Positions 53,183-62,559 of a DNA stretch of 64,000 bases are shown here, one piece after another. The translations under genes and the position numbers were made by a program. This DNA comes from an uncultured Nitrososphaeraceae archaeon (GTDB lineage Archaea > Thermoproteota > Nitrososphaeria > Nitrososphaerales > Nitrososphaeraceae), in the NCBI GenBank assembly GCA_963779615.1, contig CAVZZA010000001.1, positions 352,001-416,000 on the forward strand, written 5' to 3'. Each line of letters starts with the position of its first letter. Position 1 is the first letter of the stretch. The notes beneath the pieces are model-generated. The model saw only the letters and a list, made by a program, of their open reading frames with translations. It was not told the DNA's origin and did not search any database.

Positions 53183-53911
53183 ATGATAGACAAGAAATTA
53201 TCGCTTATTACCATTCATGATGTAAACCCCTCATGCGCCGAAAAATTGCAAATAATAACAGATGAACTCAACAAGTTAAATGTAAAATACAATCTAAGTA
53301 TTGTTCCGAATTACAATAAAAAGCATAATTTGAAGGATAACCCTGCTTTTTGTAATCAAATATCTACGTTACTACAATCAGATAATATAGAACTCACTTT
53401 ACATGGGCTATACCATCAAATAGATGGAAAAATGGAAGATTTTGATTCCCAATCAAAAGAGGAAGAAATAAAAGATATAAAACAAGGTTTAGATATCCTA
53501 TCTTCAGTAAAGCTGCCAACACCTTCAACATTTATACCACCAGCATGGTATTTGAGCCGCCAAGCTATAGAAGCACTAAAGGATTATGAATTTGATATAG
53601 CAGAGGCAAGGTCGGATTTAGAATTCATAAAGAGGGGCAAGAAGTATATAATTTCCCCGGTTATGAATTGGGACCAACAGGGAGACAAAGAAAAAAACAA
53701 AAAAATATTGGATCCGAATAAAAAAGAGTTTTACACTCATTTGTTTAATATTGGTGGAGAGTCATATGGACTGTTTAGGATGGCCATTCATCCTCCGTAT
53801 GATCCTGACGGTGCATTAGCAGATCAGATTGAAATGATAAAATATCTAAAAGAAAAAGAAGGCTATAATTTTGTTAACTATTCTGACTTAGTTCAAATAG
53901 AGGAATCCTGA
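53183..53911 (+). CDS. polysaccharide deacetylase-like protein (DUF2334)
   Basis: TIHDVNP, LHGLYH, FIPPAW, RMAIHP. Confidence 0.85.
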   Translation: MIDKKLSLITIHDVNPSCAEKLQIITDELNKLNVKYNLSIVPNYNKKHNLKDNPAFCNQISTLLQSDNIELTLHGLYHQIDGKMEDFDSQSKEEEIKDIKQGLDILSSVKLPTPSTFIPPAWYLSRQAIEALKDYEFDIAEARSDLEFIKRGKKYIISPVMNWDQQGDKEKNKKILDPNKKEFYTHLFNIGGESYGLFRMAIHPPYDPDGALADQIEMIKYLKEKEGYNFVNYSDLVQIEES

Positions 53912-53970
53912 CTACTTAAAGCCCTGTATTGTCAAAATTAATATTCTATATCCATATATCCCCTTAGTAT

Positions 53971-54411
53971 TTGGTAACCATACGTGAAATAGAAAATGAG
54001 GATATAGATAGAGGGTTTTTGGAGGTCCTAGATAATTTACTTTCTCCGGACATTGATAATAAAACTGCTAAAAACATATTAAAAGAAATAAAATCAAATC
54101 CATTGCATAAAACATTCATTGCAAAAGATGATGTAACCGATAAAATAGTAGGAACAACAACATTGCTTGTAGAGCCTAAATTTATCAATAAAGGTATGAT
54201 AGTAGGATATATCGAAGATGTGTCGATAAATAAGGACTATGAAGGATTAGGAATTGGACGGCAAATTGTGGATCATGTAACTAATTACGCCAAAACAATA
54301 CAACAATGCAAAAAAGTAATACTATACTGTTCAGAAAAGAATAAGCCATTCTATGAAAAGTTGGGCTACAAGTCAGCTAATGATACATTTGTTATGACGT
54401 TAGAATTTTAA
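53971..54411 (+). CDS. GNAT acetyltransferase (glucosamine-6-phosphate N-acetyltransferase-like)
   Basis: EPKFI, GYIEDV, EGLGIG, KVILYCSEKNKPFYEKLG. Confidence 0.88.
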   Translation: MVTIREIENEDIDRGFLEVLDNLLSPDIDNKTAKNILKEIKSNPLHKTFIAKDDVTDKIVGTTTLLVEPKFINKGMIVGYIEDVSINKDYEGLGIGRQIVDHVTNYAKTIQQCKKVILYCSEKNKPFYEKLGYKSANDTFVMTLEF

Positions 54412-54822
54412 TCTATTTTGGCATACCCTAGACAAAAGAAAATAAAACATCCTTCAATAACATAGTTATTAGAATAAATTAAGTTTTTACTTAAACTAAT
54501 AATGATCTCAAATATTGATTGGAATTGCTTAAACCTATCCAATAAGAATGCCCTATTTTTGGACTACATTCGGTTCAAGTATTATATAATAATTGAATTC
54601 CAATTTATCCCCTATTATTAAAAATTTGCAATATATGTCAACCTATTGTATGTTCTCAACCAAGTTTCAATGTTATCAATTGTTTTCAATCTGTTGTATC
54701 ACTCCCATCAACCTCCAAGCATTAATCAATTAGCCATATAATCAACTTTTTTGATTTTTTCATTTTTTAAAAAGCAATACGATTTATCTCCTCATCTAAT
54801 GACGTACTAAAATATAATAGGA

Positions 54823-55884
54823 ATGATAACGAGATATGTCCTTATGAGTATCAATAATATCAATAATTATTTATTTCAAAATCAAACTATTATCAATCTT
54901 TACGAATCAGGCATTCCGTCAGATGTTATTGCCTCTCAGCTAGATATAAACACAGTGGATGTTATGGATACACTCACAAATAGACAGAAGGACATCAAAA
55001 GAAAGGAAAAATCAGTTATGGATGCATCCTTAACACCAAAAATAGGAATGATGTATTTAGACTCAGTTTTTGATGTGGAGTCTGCGATAAAGGAAACCCA
55101 AAAAAGAATATGGAGGGAATTAAAAGTGGAGCCAAAGTTCAGCATACCTTTAGAAAGCTCCAATGGACTGCTCGAGAAATTTGTGAATACCAATGTAGAC
55201 CTTGTAATTCTATATGTTGATTTGGTAAGTTCTACAAAGCTTTCTATGAATTTGCCCTTGAAGAGATTGGCTCCAATAATACAAGCGTTTACCCAAGAAA
55301 TGTCTATTATTGTAGACGCATACGGGGGTTATGTCCTTAAATATGTAGGAGATGCGGTAATAGCTTTCTTTTTCACAGAAAAGGATAATTTGCATTTGCC
55401 CTGTATTAATGCAGTTAATTGCGGGTATTCCATGGTAAAGATCATAAATGAAGGCATAAACCCTATTTTGGAAGAATACGGCTATCCCGAATTAGGCATA
55501 AGAGTTGGCATTGATGTGGGTGAAAATGCAGTAGTTCAATATGAGTTCAAAACAAAGACATATGATATTGCTGAAGAACAGAATCTAAAGGAAAATGCAT
55601 TGAATAATGACCGTAACAAAAAATATAATACAAATACATTGCAGGAGCCGCATTTGGATGTTTTAGGATATACAATTAATATTGCGACAAAAATGACATC
55701 GTTTGCAAGTCCAAATCAAATCATTATCGGAGAAGCGGTATACGATAAATTAGATGGTAAAAAGCAAAATCGATTCAATAAATTACACATCGATAACAAA
55801 TCATGGAATTTCCTAGATACTACTACTGGAAATATTTATGGCGTATATGGTAATTCAGTGCAATTTCCAAATGTATACGAATGA
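54823..55884 (+). CDS. class III adenylate/guanylate cyclase
   Basis: YVDLVSST, KYVGDAV, IRVGID, LDVLGYTINIATKM. Confidence 0.9.
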   Translation: MITRYVLMSINNINNYLFQNQTIINLYESGIPSDVIASQLDINTVDVMDTLTNRQKDIKRKEKSVMDASLTPKIGMMYLDSVFDVESAIKETQKRIWRELKVEPKFSIPLESSNGLLEKFVNTNVDLVILYVDLVSSTKLSMNLPLKRLAPIIQAFTQEMSIIVDAYGGYVLKYVGDAVIAFFFTEKDNLHLPCINAVNCGYSMVKIINEGINPILEEYGYPELGIRVGIDVGENAVVQYEFKTKTYDIAEEQNLKENALNNDRNKKYNTNTLQEPHLDVLGYTINIATKMTSFASPNQIIIGEAVYDKLDGKKQNRFNKLHIDNKSWNFLDTTTGNIYGVYGNSVQFPNVYE

Positions 55885-56660
55885 TAACCATATCCATGCT
55901 ATAAAATTTACTCAATCTAATGGAATATCCGGATTCCCAAATGAATAGAAAAAGAAGTAAAGTTCCTCATAATATTTGGCATTTAATGTATTTAGGCATT
56001 TATTGAATAAATCCAAATACATTTCATAAAATATGGGCTGAAGACTATATAATTCAGATCATTAGGGCATTTATTGCAACCATTGATAAATTATTCAATT
56101 ATTTGCATAACCAGTAAATATTTTGGATTTTATAAGGTAATCGGGCAACGACAAATCTGAACAAAAGCCTTACTCACGTTAATTTTTAAATGTAATGTAG
56201 AATTATGTCAAATAACCTTCTTAGTCATGCAGATAAACTTACTAGTTTAGGTTTCCATTCATTGTTCAATCACATCCCACTCGGTCCACTTATGGTACTA
56301 ATATACGTTCACAAGAATAATGATATATCAACAATGCCTTACAACTCAATGGAATTAGATCTCTTTACTGGTTTCAAATGCCATAAGGTCCACTCAAACG
56401 AAACAGAGACATTAAGAAGATTGGTGATATTTTTTGATTTTATTGCTACCACAAGTTAATCTAAATGAAGGATGTAAAATTTTTATAAAAGACAGCCAAG
56501 AGAATGCAATTTATCCATTGTACACTACTTTTCAATTGTATATATCAAAAAGAAAGACTAGAAGGATCCAATTAGAGAATCAAGGTTAAATCCTGTATTT
56601 ATTGGATAACTGCATTAATGACTATACCAATATGATAATTGAGAACTAGGTGAATATATT

Positions 56661-56701
56661 TTCATAAATCCTTGAATGCAAATATATGGTTCAAATCCTA
56701 T
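56661..56701 (+). repeat. att-like repeat copy R1 (arm + tRNA T-loop)
   Basis: 35/41 ungapped identity to 57221-57261. Confidence 0.8.
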
Positions 56702-56733
56702 TCTCTCTTTTTATGTTAATAGGTATAATAGAC

Positions 56734-56778
56734 GAATATGCGAGTATACTATATGGATTCAAGTCCTAATCTTCGTCC
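56734..56778 (+). repeat. att-like repeat copy R2
   Basis: 26/33 ungapped identity of 56734-56766 to 62398-62430. Confidence 0.7.
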
Positions 56779-56900
56779 ATAGTTTGATTATCTAAAAACA
56801 AGTTTGGAGCATTAGTTACCATACACATTAACAATCATTATAATCACGACAAAGATGATAGAATTAGAATGGGATGAAATGGTATTTAGATTTTCTTTTT

Positions 56901-57089
56901 CTATTTCATATCCACGCCTATAATTCCCCCGTTTCCCCAATTCTCTTTGGAAATCTCATAGATCAAGATTCTTACCTTTTCCTCTTGTGTTTGCATAATC
57001 CTAGCGGTCTCTCTTGTCAACGCCTTGATCAACTCTCTCTTCTGCTCTACAGATCTTCCTTGGCTTATAGTAATTTCAATTACAGGCAT
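56901..57089 (-). CDS. 4-oxalocrotonate tautomerase family protein
   Basis: MPVIEI (catalytic Pro1), GRSVEQKREL, ENWGNGG. Confidence 0.92.
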   Translation of the reverse strand: MPVIEITISQGRSVEQKRELIKALTRETARIMQTQEEKVRILIYEISKENWGNGGIIGVDMK

Positions 57090-57220
57090 TTTTATCATTT
57101 ATTTTAAAATTATTTATTATTATATTATCCCCTGTTTTTACAACAGGGGTTCAGGCCCTGCTCCCTAAGAATATTTTAAATGACTAGACTAACACGATAA
57201 TTGAAAATTAAATAACATAC

Positions 57221-57268
57221 TTCATAAACCCGTGAATGCAAGTAGAAGGTTCAAATCCCATGCCTCCA
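57221..57268 (+). repeat. att-like repeat copy R3
   Basis: AAACCCGTGAAT-N10-GGTTCAAATCCCA. Confidence 0.85.
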
Positions 57269-57395
57269 TTGTGTACCCTATATTTACATAACAGGAAAAC
57301 AAGAGAGGTTATGACAATCAAGTATGGCAATTCATGCCCACTAAACTATGAACTACTACTTTATTTAAATAATATTTTTATTTGATTTATTTCAG

Positions 57396-58421
57396 ATGCA
57401 AGTAGGAATTGACAGTTTTGCGGCTTTTCATAATGATACCAAGAAATCAGTAAGCTCATCCGAACGCTTGCAAAGATTGGTTGAACAAATTGAACGGGCC
57501 GATCAAATTGGATTGGACGTATTTGGAGTAGGCGAGCATCACCGTCAGGGATTCCTTGATTCTGCTCCAGCCGTCATCCTGGGAGCGGCGGCAGCACGAA
57601 CTAAACGCATACGCCTCACCAGTGCAGTAACGGTATTGAGTGCAGCCGATCCAGTAAGGGTGTTCCAAGAATTCGCAACTTTGGATCTCCTGTCTCAAGG
57701 TAGGGCGGAGATGGTAGTGGGTCGCGGCTCATTCATAGAGGCATTCCCATTGTTTGGCCTGAGGTTGGATGACTACGACTCCCTTTTTTCAGAGAAGATA
57801 GATTTGCTCTTAAAGGTTCGTGACAATGAGCATGTCCATTGGTCCGGCAAATATCGACCTCCTCTAACTGGACAGGGAATCTATCCAAGGCCGATGCAGG
57901 AGCCTCTGCCGATATGGATAGGCGTGGGTGGAACTCCGGAATCTTTTGTTAGGGCTGGCTTACTAGGGTTACCACTGATGGTCGCAATTATCGGCGGCGA
58001 AACTCGCAGTTTCAAACCATTAATAGATCTCTACAGAGAGGCAGGAAAAAGGGCCGGCCATTTACCACATAAGCTGAAGGTTGGGATACATTCACTTGGA
58101 TATGTAGCAGGGAGCACTCAAAAGGCGGTTGATGACTTTTTTCCAGGCTATGCACGCAGCATGAACGAAATCGGAAAGGAACGCGGCTGGCCTCCGATAA
58201 CCCGTATGGATTTTGAAGCCCAGCGGGGTCCCAACGGCGCGCTACTCATAGGCAATCCGGAAGAAGTTACAGAGAAAATCATCAGACACAGTCAAGGCCT
58301 CGGTGGTATATCTCGCATTACTTTCATGATGAACCCCGCATCGTTACCTCACGAAAAGCTCATGCAAGCTACGGAATTAATAGGTTCACGCGTAGTTCCT
58401 GTCCTACATGAACTCGGTTAA
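57396..58421 (+). CDS. luciferase-like (LLM class) flavin-dependent oxidoreductase
   Basis: GVGEHHR, LTSAVTVLSAADPVRV, GRGSFIE, GVGGTPES; visibly GC-richer than the host. Confidence 0.93.
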   Translation: MQVGIDSFAAFHNDTKKSVSSSERLQRLVEQIERADQIGLDVFGVGEHHRQGFLDSAPAVILGAAAARTKRIRLTSAVTVLSAADPVRVFQEFATLDLLSQGRAEMVVGRGSFIEAFPLFGLRLDDYDSLFSEKIDLLLKVRDNEHVHWSGKYRPPLTGQGIYPRPMQEPLPIWIGVGGTPESFVRAGLLGLPLMVAIIGGETRSFKPLIDLYREAGKRAGHLPHKLKVGIHSLGYVAGSTQKAVDDFFPGYARSMNEIGKERGWPPITRMDFEAQRGPNGALLIGNPEEVTEKIIRHSQGLGGISRITFMMNPASLPHEKLMQATELIGSRVVPVLHELG

Positions 58422-58531
58422 ATCGATCGAAAGCATAGTTTTCGACGCGACAATAAAATTTCGAAGCGTACATTTAATATTTGAAACAGCCATTTAATTC
58501 GTCTTTTTATTTGTATTGGTATACATATATC

Positions 58532-58573
58532 AAACCCGTGAATAAAAGATGGTTCAAATCCCACCCTATTCCA
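58532..58573 (+). repeat. att-like repeat copy R4
   Basis: AAACCCGTGAAT-N7-GGTTCAAATCCCA, both blocks identical to R3. Confidence 0.85.
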
Positions 58574-58589
58574 CCTGTAACTCTATTAC

Positions 58590-58892
58590 CAGATTATTGG
58601 TTGATTGAATTCCATTCAAATGAGAAGGTTTGTATAAATCTGTTTGATGCAATCATGGAAAATTTTAATGTACGACTCCATGATTATACAGTATGGAGTC
58701 CCAACCTTCAGCATCATTAAGCTGAAAGATCTATATGCCTAAAGCTCCATGTCTTTTAAACATATGAGTTGCATTTTTAATAATCGATACCATTTTATCG
58801 CGATTCTTTTTTGGTAACCGGTGTATTGTTATTAAATTATGTTTTCTATTTGTAAGTTCTTCTTCTGGCAGAGTTAAATTTAGATCACTCAT
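58590..58892 (-). pseudogene. DUF1428-like gene remnant
   Basis: ATG overlapping the SRPBCC end; HRLPKKNRDKMV...MFKRHGALGI*IFQL, in-frame TAG at 58731-58733. Confidence 0.55.
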
Positions 58893-59349
58893 TACTTCCA
58901 TTTACCTCCGTCTTAATAAAATTCTCAAGTCTTTTGACATACCAATCCCAGCCCTCATTGTGCTCATCATATTGCAACCGATCCGCATTTGTAAACCCGC
59001 TATGGGTTAAAGTTAATTTCGTTTTATCCCTCTCTAGTTGATAAAGCTTCCAGGTAACAATAGTGTCTTTACTGTAATCAGGTTTTGTTGTAAATTTCCA
59101 AGTGTAAGATAGCTCTTTATTTGGGATGATACTAATAATTGTTCCAACAACATCATGATCTTTTTTTTCTTTTGTAACTTCCTTTGAAAACCTAAAAAAT
59201 ATTTTTCCTCCAACTCGTGGTTCTACGGTTGCTATGTTGGGGAACCACTGAGCCAGCCGCTCAGGGTTAATTAGAGCTGAATACACTTTGTCCACCGATG
59301 CATTTATTACTATTTCTTTTTTGATTGTGTCATAATCTGTATCATTCAT
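58885..59349 (-). CDS. SRPBCC/AHA1-like ligand-binding protein
   Basis: INASVDKVYSAL...QWF, LSYTW, TKLTLTH, GWDWY. Confidence 0.92.
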   Translation of the reverse strand: MNDTDYDTIKKEIVINASVDKVYSALINPERLAQWFPNIATVEPRVGGKIFFRFSKEVTKEKKDHDVVGTIISIIPNKELSYTWKFTTKPDYSKDTIVTWKLYQLERDKTKLTLTHSGFTNADRLQYDEHNEGWDWYVKRLENFIKTEVNGSNE

Positions 59350-59672
59350 CCCTTTTCCTTTTCCTTTTCCTTATTACTTGTATTCTCTACAAACTCTTTA
59401 AGATTTTCGAGACTATGCCCCCACATTTTATCAAAAAAATCCTTTATTTCTATAGTTGTTTTAGGGTTAATTGAATACCTTTTTTTCTGTCCCTCTCTGG
59501 TTTCCTTTATCAGGTCTGCATCCTTTAAAATCCTTAAATTGGTAGATACAGCAGCCAACGTTGTATCAAAATGCTTGGCTATCTCTGAAGGATACATTTC
59601 GTGTTCCCTTAGTAGCAATAAAATTCGCCTTCTATTATCTTCAGCTAGCGCTTTCCAAAGCGAACCTGTCAT
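59346..59672 (-). CDS. ArsR/SmtB family regulator
   Basis: KALAEDNRRRILLLL, AAVSTNLRILKDADLI, GQKKRYS. Confidence 0.92.
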   Translation of the reverse strand: MTGSLWKALAEDNRRRILLLLREHEMYPSEIAKHFDTTLAAVSTNLRILKDADLIKETREGQKKRYSINPKTTIEIKDFFDKMWGHSLENLKEFVENTSNKEKEKEKG

Positions 59673-59697
59673 TATAATAATAAAATAGTTGTATAGT

Positions 59698-59715
59698 TAT
59701 TTAAATATTTAAATA
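59698..59715. promoter_or_regulatory. perfect 18-bp palindrome TATTTAAATATTTAAATA (divergent TATA boxes/operator)
   Basis: lies between divergent arsR and DUF899 starts. Confidence 0.55.
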
Positions 59716-59737
59716 TAATCGATTCTATCTTATCCCA

Positions 59738-60496
59738 ATGTCTATAGAAGAGCAAAAAGAAAGAAATGAAAATGACGAAAGGAATGTCTTTGATAATCAT
59801 AAAATTGTTTCGCAAAGTGAATGGATGGAAGCTCGCAAAGATCTATTAACAAAAGAAAAAGAATTTACCATTCTACGTGATCAACTTAATCAAAAGATAC
59901 GAGACCTGCCATGGGTCCAAGTTGATAAAGAGTATGTATTTGATGGACCCACCGGAAAACAAACTTTGTCAGAACTTTTTGATGGCAGAAGTCAATTAAT
60001 TGTATATCATTTTATGTATGGTCCTAGTTGGGATGCAGGATGCCCATCATGTTCCTTTTGGGCAGATAACTTTAACGGAATAGGTATGCATTTGAACCAA
60101 AGAGACGTTACTATGATAGTCGTGTCCAGAGCACCCTATAACAAGATAGATGCATACAAGAAACGCATGGGTTGGAAGTTTAAGTGGGTTTCTTCTTACG
60201 ACTCTGACTTCAATTTCGACTACCATGTATCTTTCACACAGGAAGAGTTAGATAAGAAGGAAGCCTTCTACAACTATATTGCACAAGACACACAAAGTCC
60301 AGAGAAGGAGGGAGTCAGCGTATTTTTCAAAGACCATGAAGGTCGTGTGTTTCACACCTATTCAACATATGCGCGCGGCATCGACATGTTGAATGTGGCA
60401 TATAACTACCTTGACCTAGTTCCCAAGGGACGAGATGAGGCAAATAACGAATTTCGCCAATATTGGGTTCGCCGTCATGATGAATATGGCAAATAA
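59738..60496 (+). CDS. DUF899 thioredoxin-like protein
   Basis: KEKEFT, LFDGRSQLIVYHFM, GCPSCS, HTYSTYARG, WVRRHDEY. Confidence 0.93.
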   Translation: MSIEEQKERNENDERNVFDNHKIVSQSEWMEARKDLLTKEKEFTILRDQLNQKIRDLPWVQVDKEYVFDGPTGKQTLSELFDGRSQLIVYHFMYGPSWDAGCPSCSFWADNFNGIGMHLNQRDVTMIVVSRAPYNKIDAYKKRMGWKFKWVSSYDSDFNFDYHVSFTQEELDKKEAFYNYIAQDTQSPEKEGVSVFFKDHEGRVFHTYSTYARGIDMLNVAYNYLDLVPKGRDEANNEFRQYWVRRHDEYGK

Positions 60497-60808
60497 CCGC
60501 TATCCATCAATTCTCTCAAACGATATCTTCATTTAATTTTTACTTTTGTATAATTATAATTGACTTTCCTTTCCTAATGCGGACAACCTAATTCTAAAAG
60601 GTTTGTTCTAATGAGAAAGACATCGAGAGATTTTGATACTTTGTCAAACGAAACCACTTTTTAGTATAGGGTATAGATAAGAAATAGATTCAGAAATACA
60701 GGTCCAATATACCATAAGAAGAAAAAGAATTTCCAGGTATTATGTTGACTAAAAATCAAACCTTGTAGTCATTATTTTCTCCCTGATCATATCCTTTTTC
60801 ATCTTAGC

Positions 60809-61158
60809 AAGCATATCAACTGCTCCTTTGGCATTATTGTAAAAGTTATGATGTTTGGAAAAAGATTTGAAATTAATGTGTCAAATTTAGGTTTCAAGTA
60901 ACTGGCCCATTGGATTTTAGATAAAATTATTTTATATTATATTTACAAACCAGCAAATTTCGTGTAATTAAAAAAAGATTTTATTTAGAAGCATATCAAC
61001 TGCTCCTTTGGCATTATTGTAAAAGTTATGATGTTTGGAAAAACATTTGAAATTAATGTGTCAAATTTATGTTTCAAGTAACGGGCCCATTGAATTTTAG
61101 ATAAAACTATTTTATATTATATTTACAAACCAACAAAATTTCGTGTAATTAAAAAAAG
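60809..61158. repeat. tandem duplication of ~170 bp (period 180)
   Basis: AAGCATATCAACTGCTCC...CGTGTAATTAAAAAAAG at 60809-60977 and 60989-61158, few substitutions. Confidence 0.95.
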
Positions 61159-61217
61159 GAGTGAAAAATTATTTTGGGATTCATCCTTATTTATTATTTA
61201 ATCCACATTACCTTTCG

Positions 61218-62107
61218 TTATACCCTGTTGGTATTTTTGTAGGTTTGGGTTTCCCCCTCTCCTATGGTACCTGCGGCGGTATGCGGACCCACTTGACTGC
61301 AGCCACCTTCAAATCCATCAGCAACGAATGTGACTCCTGAGGCAAATTCACTTAGGCCATAGTCTCCGCCCTTAATGTAACGGTGGACAATTCTCGTCAC
61401 CTAGGAATGTGTTGGGATCAGCACTGGAAGCAGGAAAAACTAAAAATGTAAAGTCCGAAGGCTGCACATTGCTCCCCGTTGGGTCGACTACCTCCTTGCA
61501 AACGTTTAAGGTTGCTATTGATTCTGGCTTGATGGTGTTGACAATGGTAATGTGGGTTTCCCCTTCTGATATGTTGCCGATGAAGGTTACCCTTGTAGAA
61601 ATACTGCAGTCACCTGATATACTTAGTAAAATTTATGCCTGCTGAGCCTGTTTCGGAAAACTCATATTGACTTGAGGCTGCCGTGACTGCATCACAATTC
61701 TCGTCACCTAGGAATGTGTTGGGATTTGCAAGTGTGCTAAGAGTGAACTTAAAGTCCGAAGGCTGCAAATTTCTCCCTGTTGGGTCGACTACCACTTTGC
61801 AAACGTTCAAGTTCGTTGTTGTTGTTGTTAGTTTAGTTTCATTGCCCGTCTCGGGGGATGAAGCAGCAGACGTTACGGTGTTGGTGCTCTGATCGTTAAA
61901 TCCATTTACCGAGTTATCGTTTCCCTGGACAAGGGGTCCCTCATTCGATTGTCGGCATTCCTCGGATGTGTTACAAAGGTTACCCTGGCTTGAATGCAAA
62001 TCAGAATATGATTGCATGACAGTGATGCTTGTTCCTGCAAATAATAATGATATTACTGCAAATATCATGAGTAAATAATTTAAATTACGCATATAACAAA
62101 ATACCAA
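61218..62107 (-). pseudogene. secreted protein with two internal beta-sandwich (SpaA/prealbumin-like) repeats, frameshifted at least twice
   Basis: signal peptide; LNVCK.VVDPTG...QPSDF.F...PNTFLGDENC present twice; breaks near 61620 and 61380. Confidence 0.7.
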
Positions 62108-62396
62108 AATATGTCATAATATATTTGAGGTAAGTAGATTACTATGTCAATTTTTTTAGGAGTTTATCAAACTGAAAAGAATTGCATACTAAAATGATAT
62201 GGATCTAATATCAAATATTTGATATGTAGTTTAACTATGTTTTAACGATGTGATTGTTTCACCATTTTAATGTATAGTGATTAAAGGGATTATCATATTT
62301 ACAGAAACCCTCTAACAAAGCTTCAATCTGATATCCTTCACAATTATCTTGTTATCAACATAATGGTGAGATTTAGTATAATAATTTTTTTATATA

Positions 62397-62440
62397 TGAA
62401 TCGGTGAGTATAGGGTATGGCTTCAAGTCCCACTCCTGGC
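62397..62440 (+). repeat. att-like repeat copy R5 (attR-like duplicate of tRNA-Ser(CGA) 3' end)
   Basis: TGGcTTCAAGTCCCACTCCtGGC vs tRNA TGGGTTCAAGTCCCACTCCCGGC. Confidence 0.85.
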
Positions 62441-62559
62441 CTCAAAGATGTGTTCTTCCCATATTGTTAAATACCCAAAAGGCGAAAACTGCAATAGTTG
62501 AATCTTCATAACATTTCCAACACTCTTCAATATGAGACTGTACCTGAAACAAATCACAC

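Larger units (their letters stand above)
53032..62440. mobile_element. tRNA-Ser(CGA)-anchored genomic island / tandem accretion array
   Basis: tRNA 3' end 53008-53030 duplicated at 62418-62440 (21/23), accessory genes, internal att-like repeats, integrase relic beyond. Confidence 0.7.

Noticed and set aside
55890-56460. ORF 56205-56459 and minus-strand fragments
   Set aside because: No identifiable family; probably decayed island DNA.
56661-62440. Att-like repeats read as tRNA genes, split tRNA halves or CRISPR repeats
   Set aside because: No D or anticodon arms, no intact T-stems or BHB-forming leaders seen, and spacing is irregular (70 bp to 3.9 kb) with genes between.
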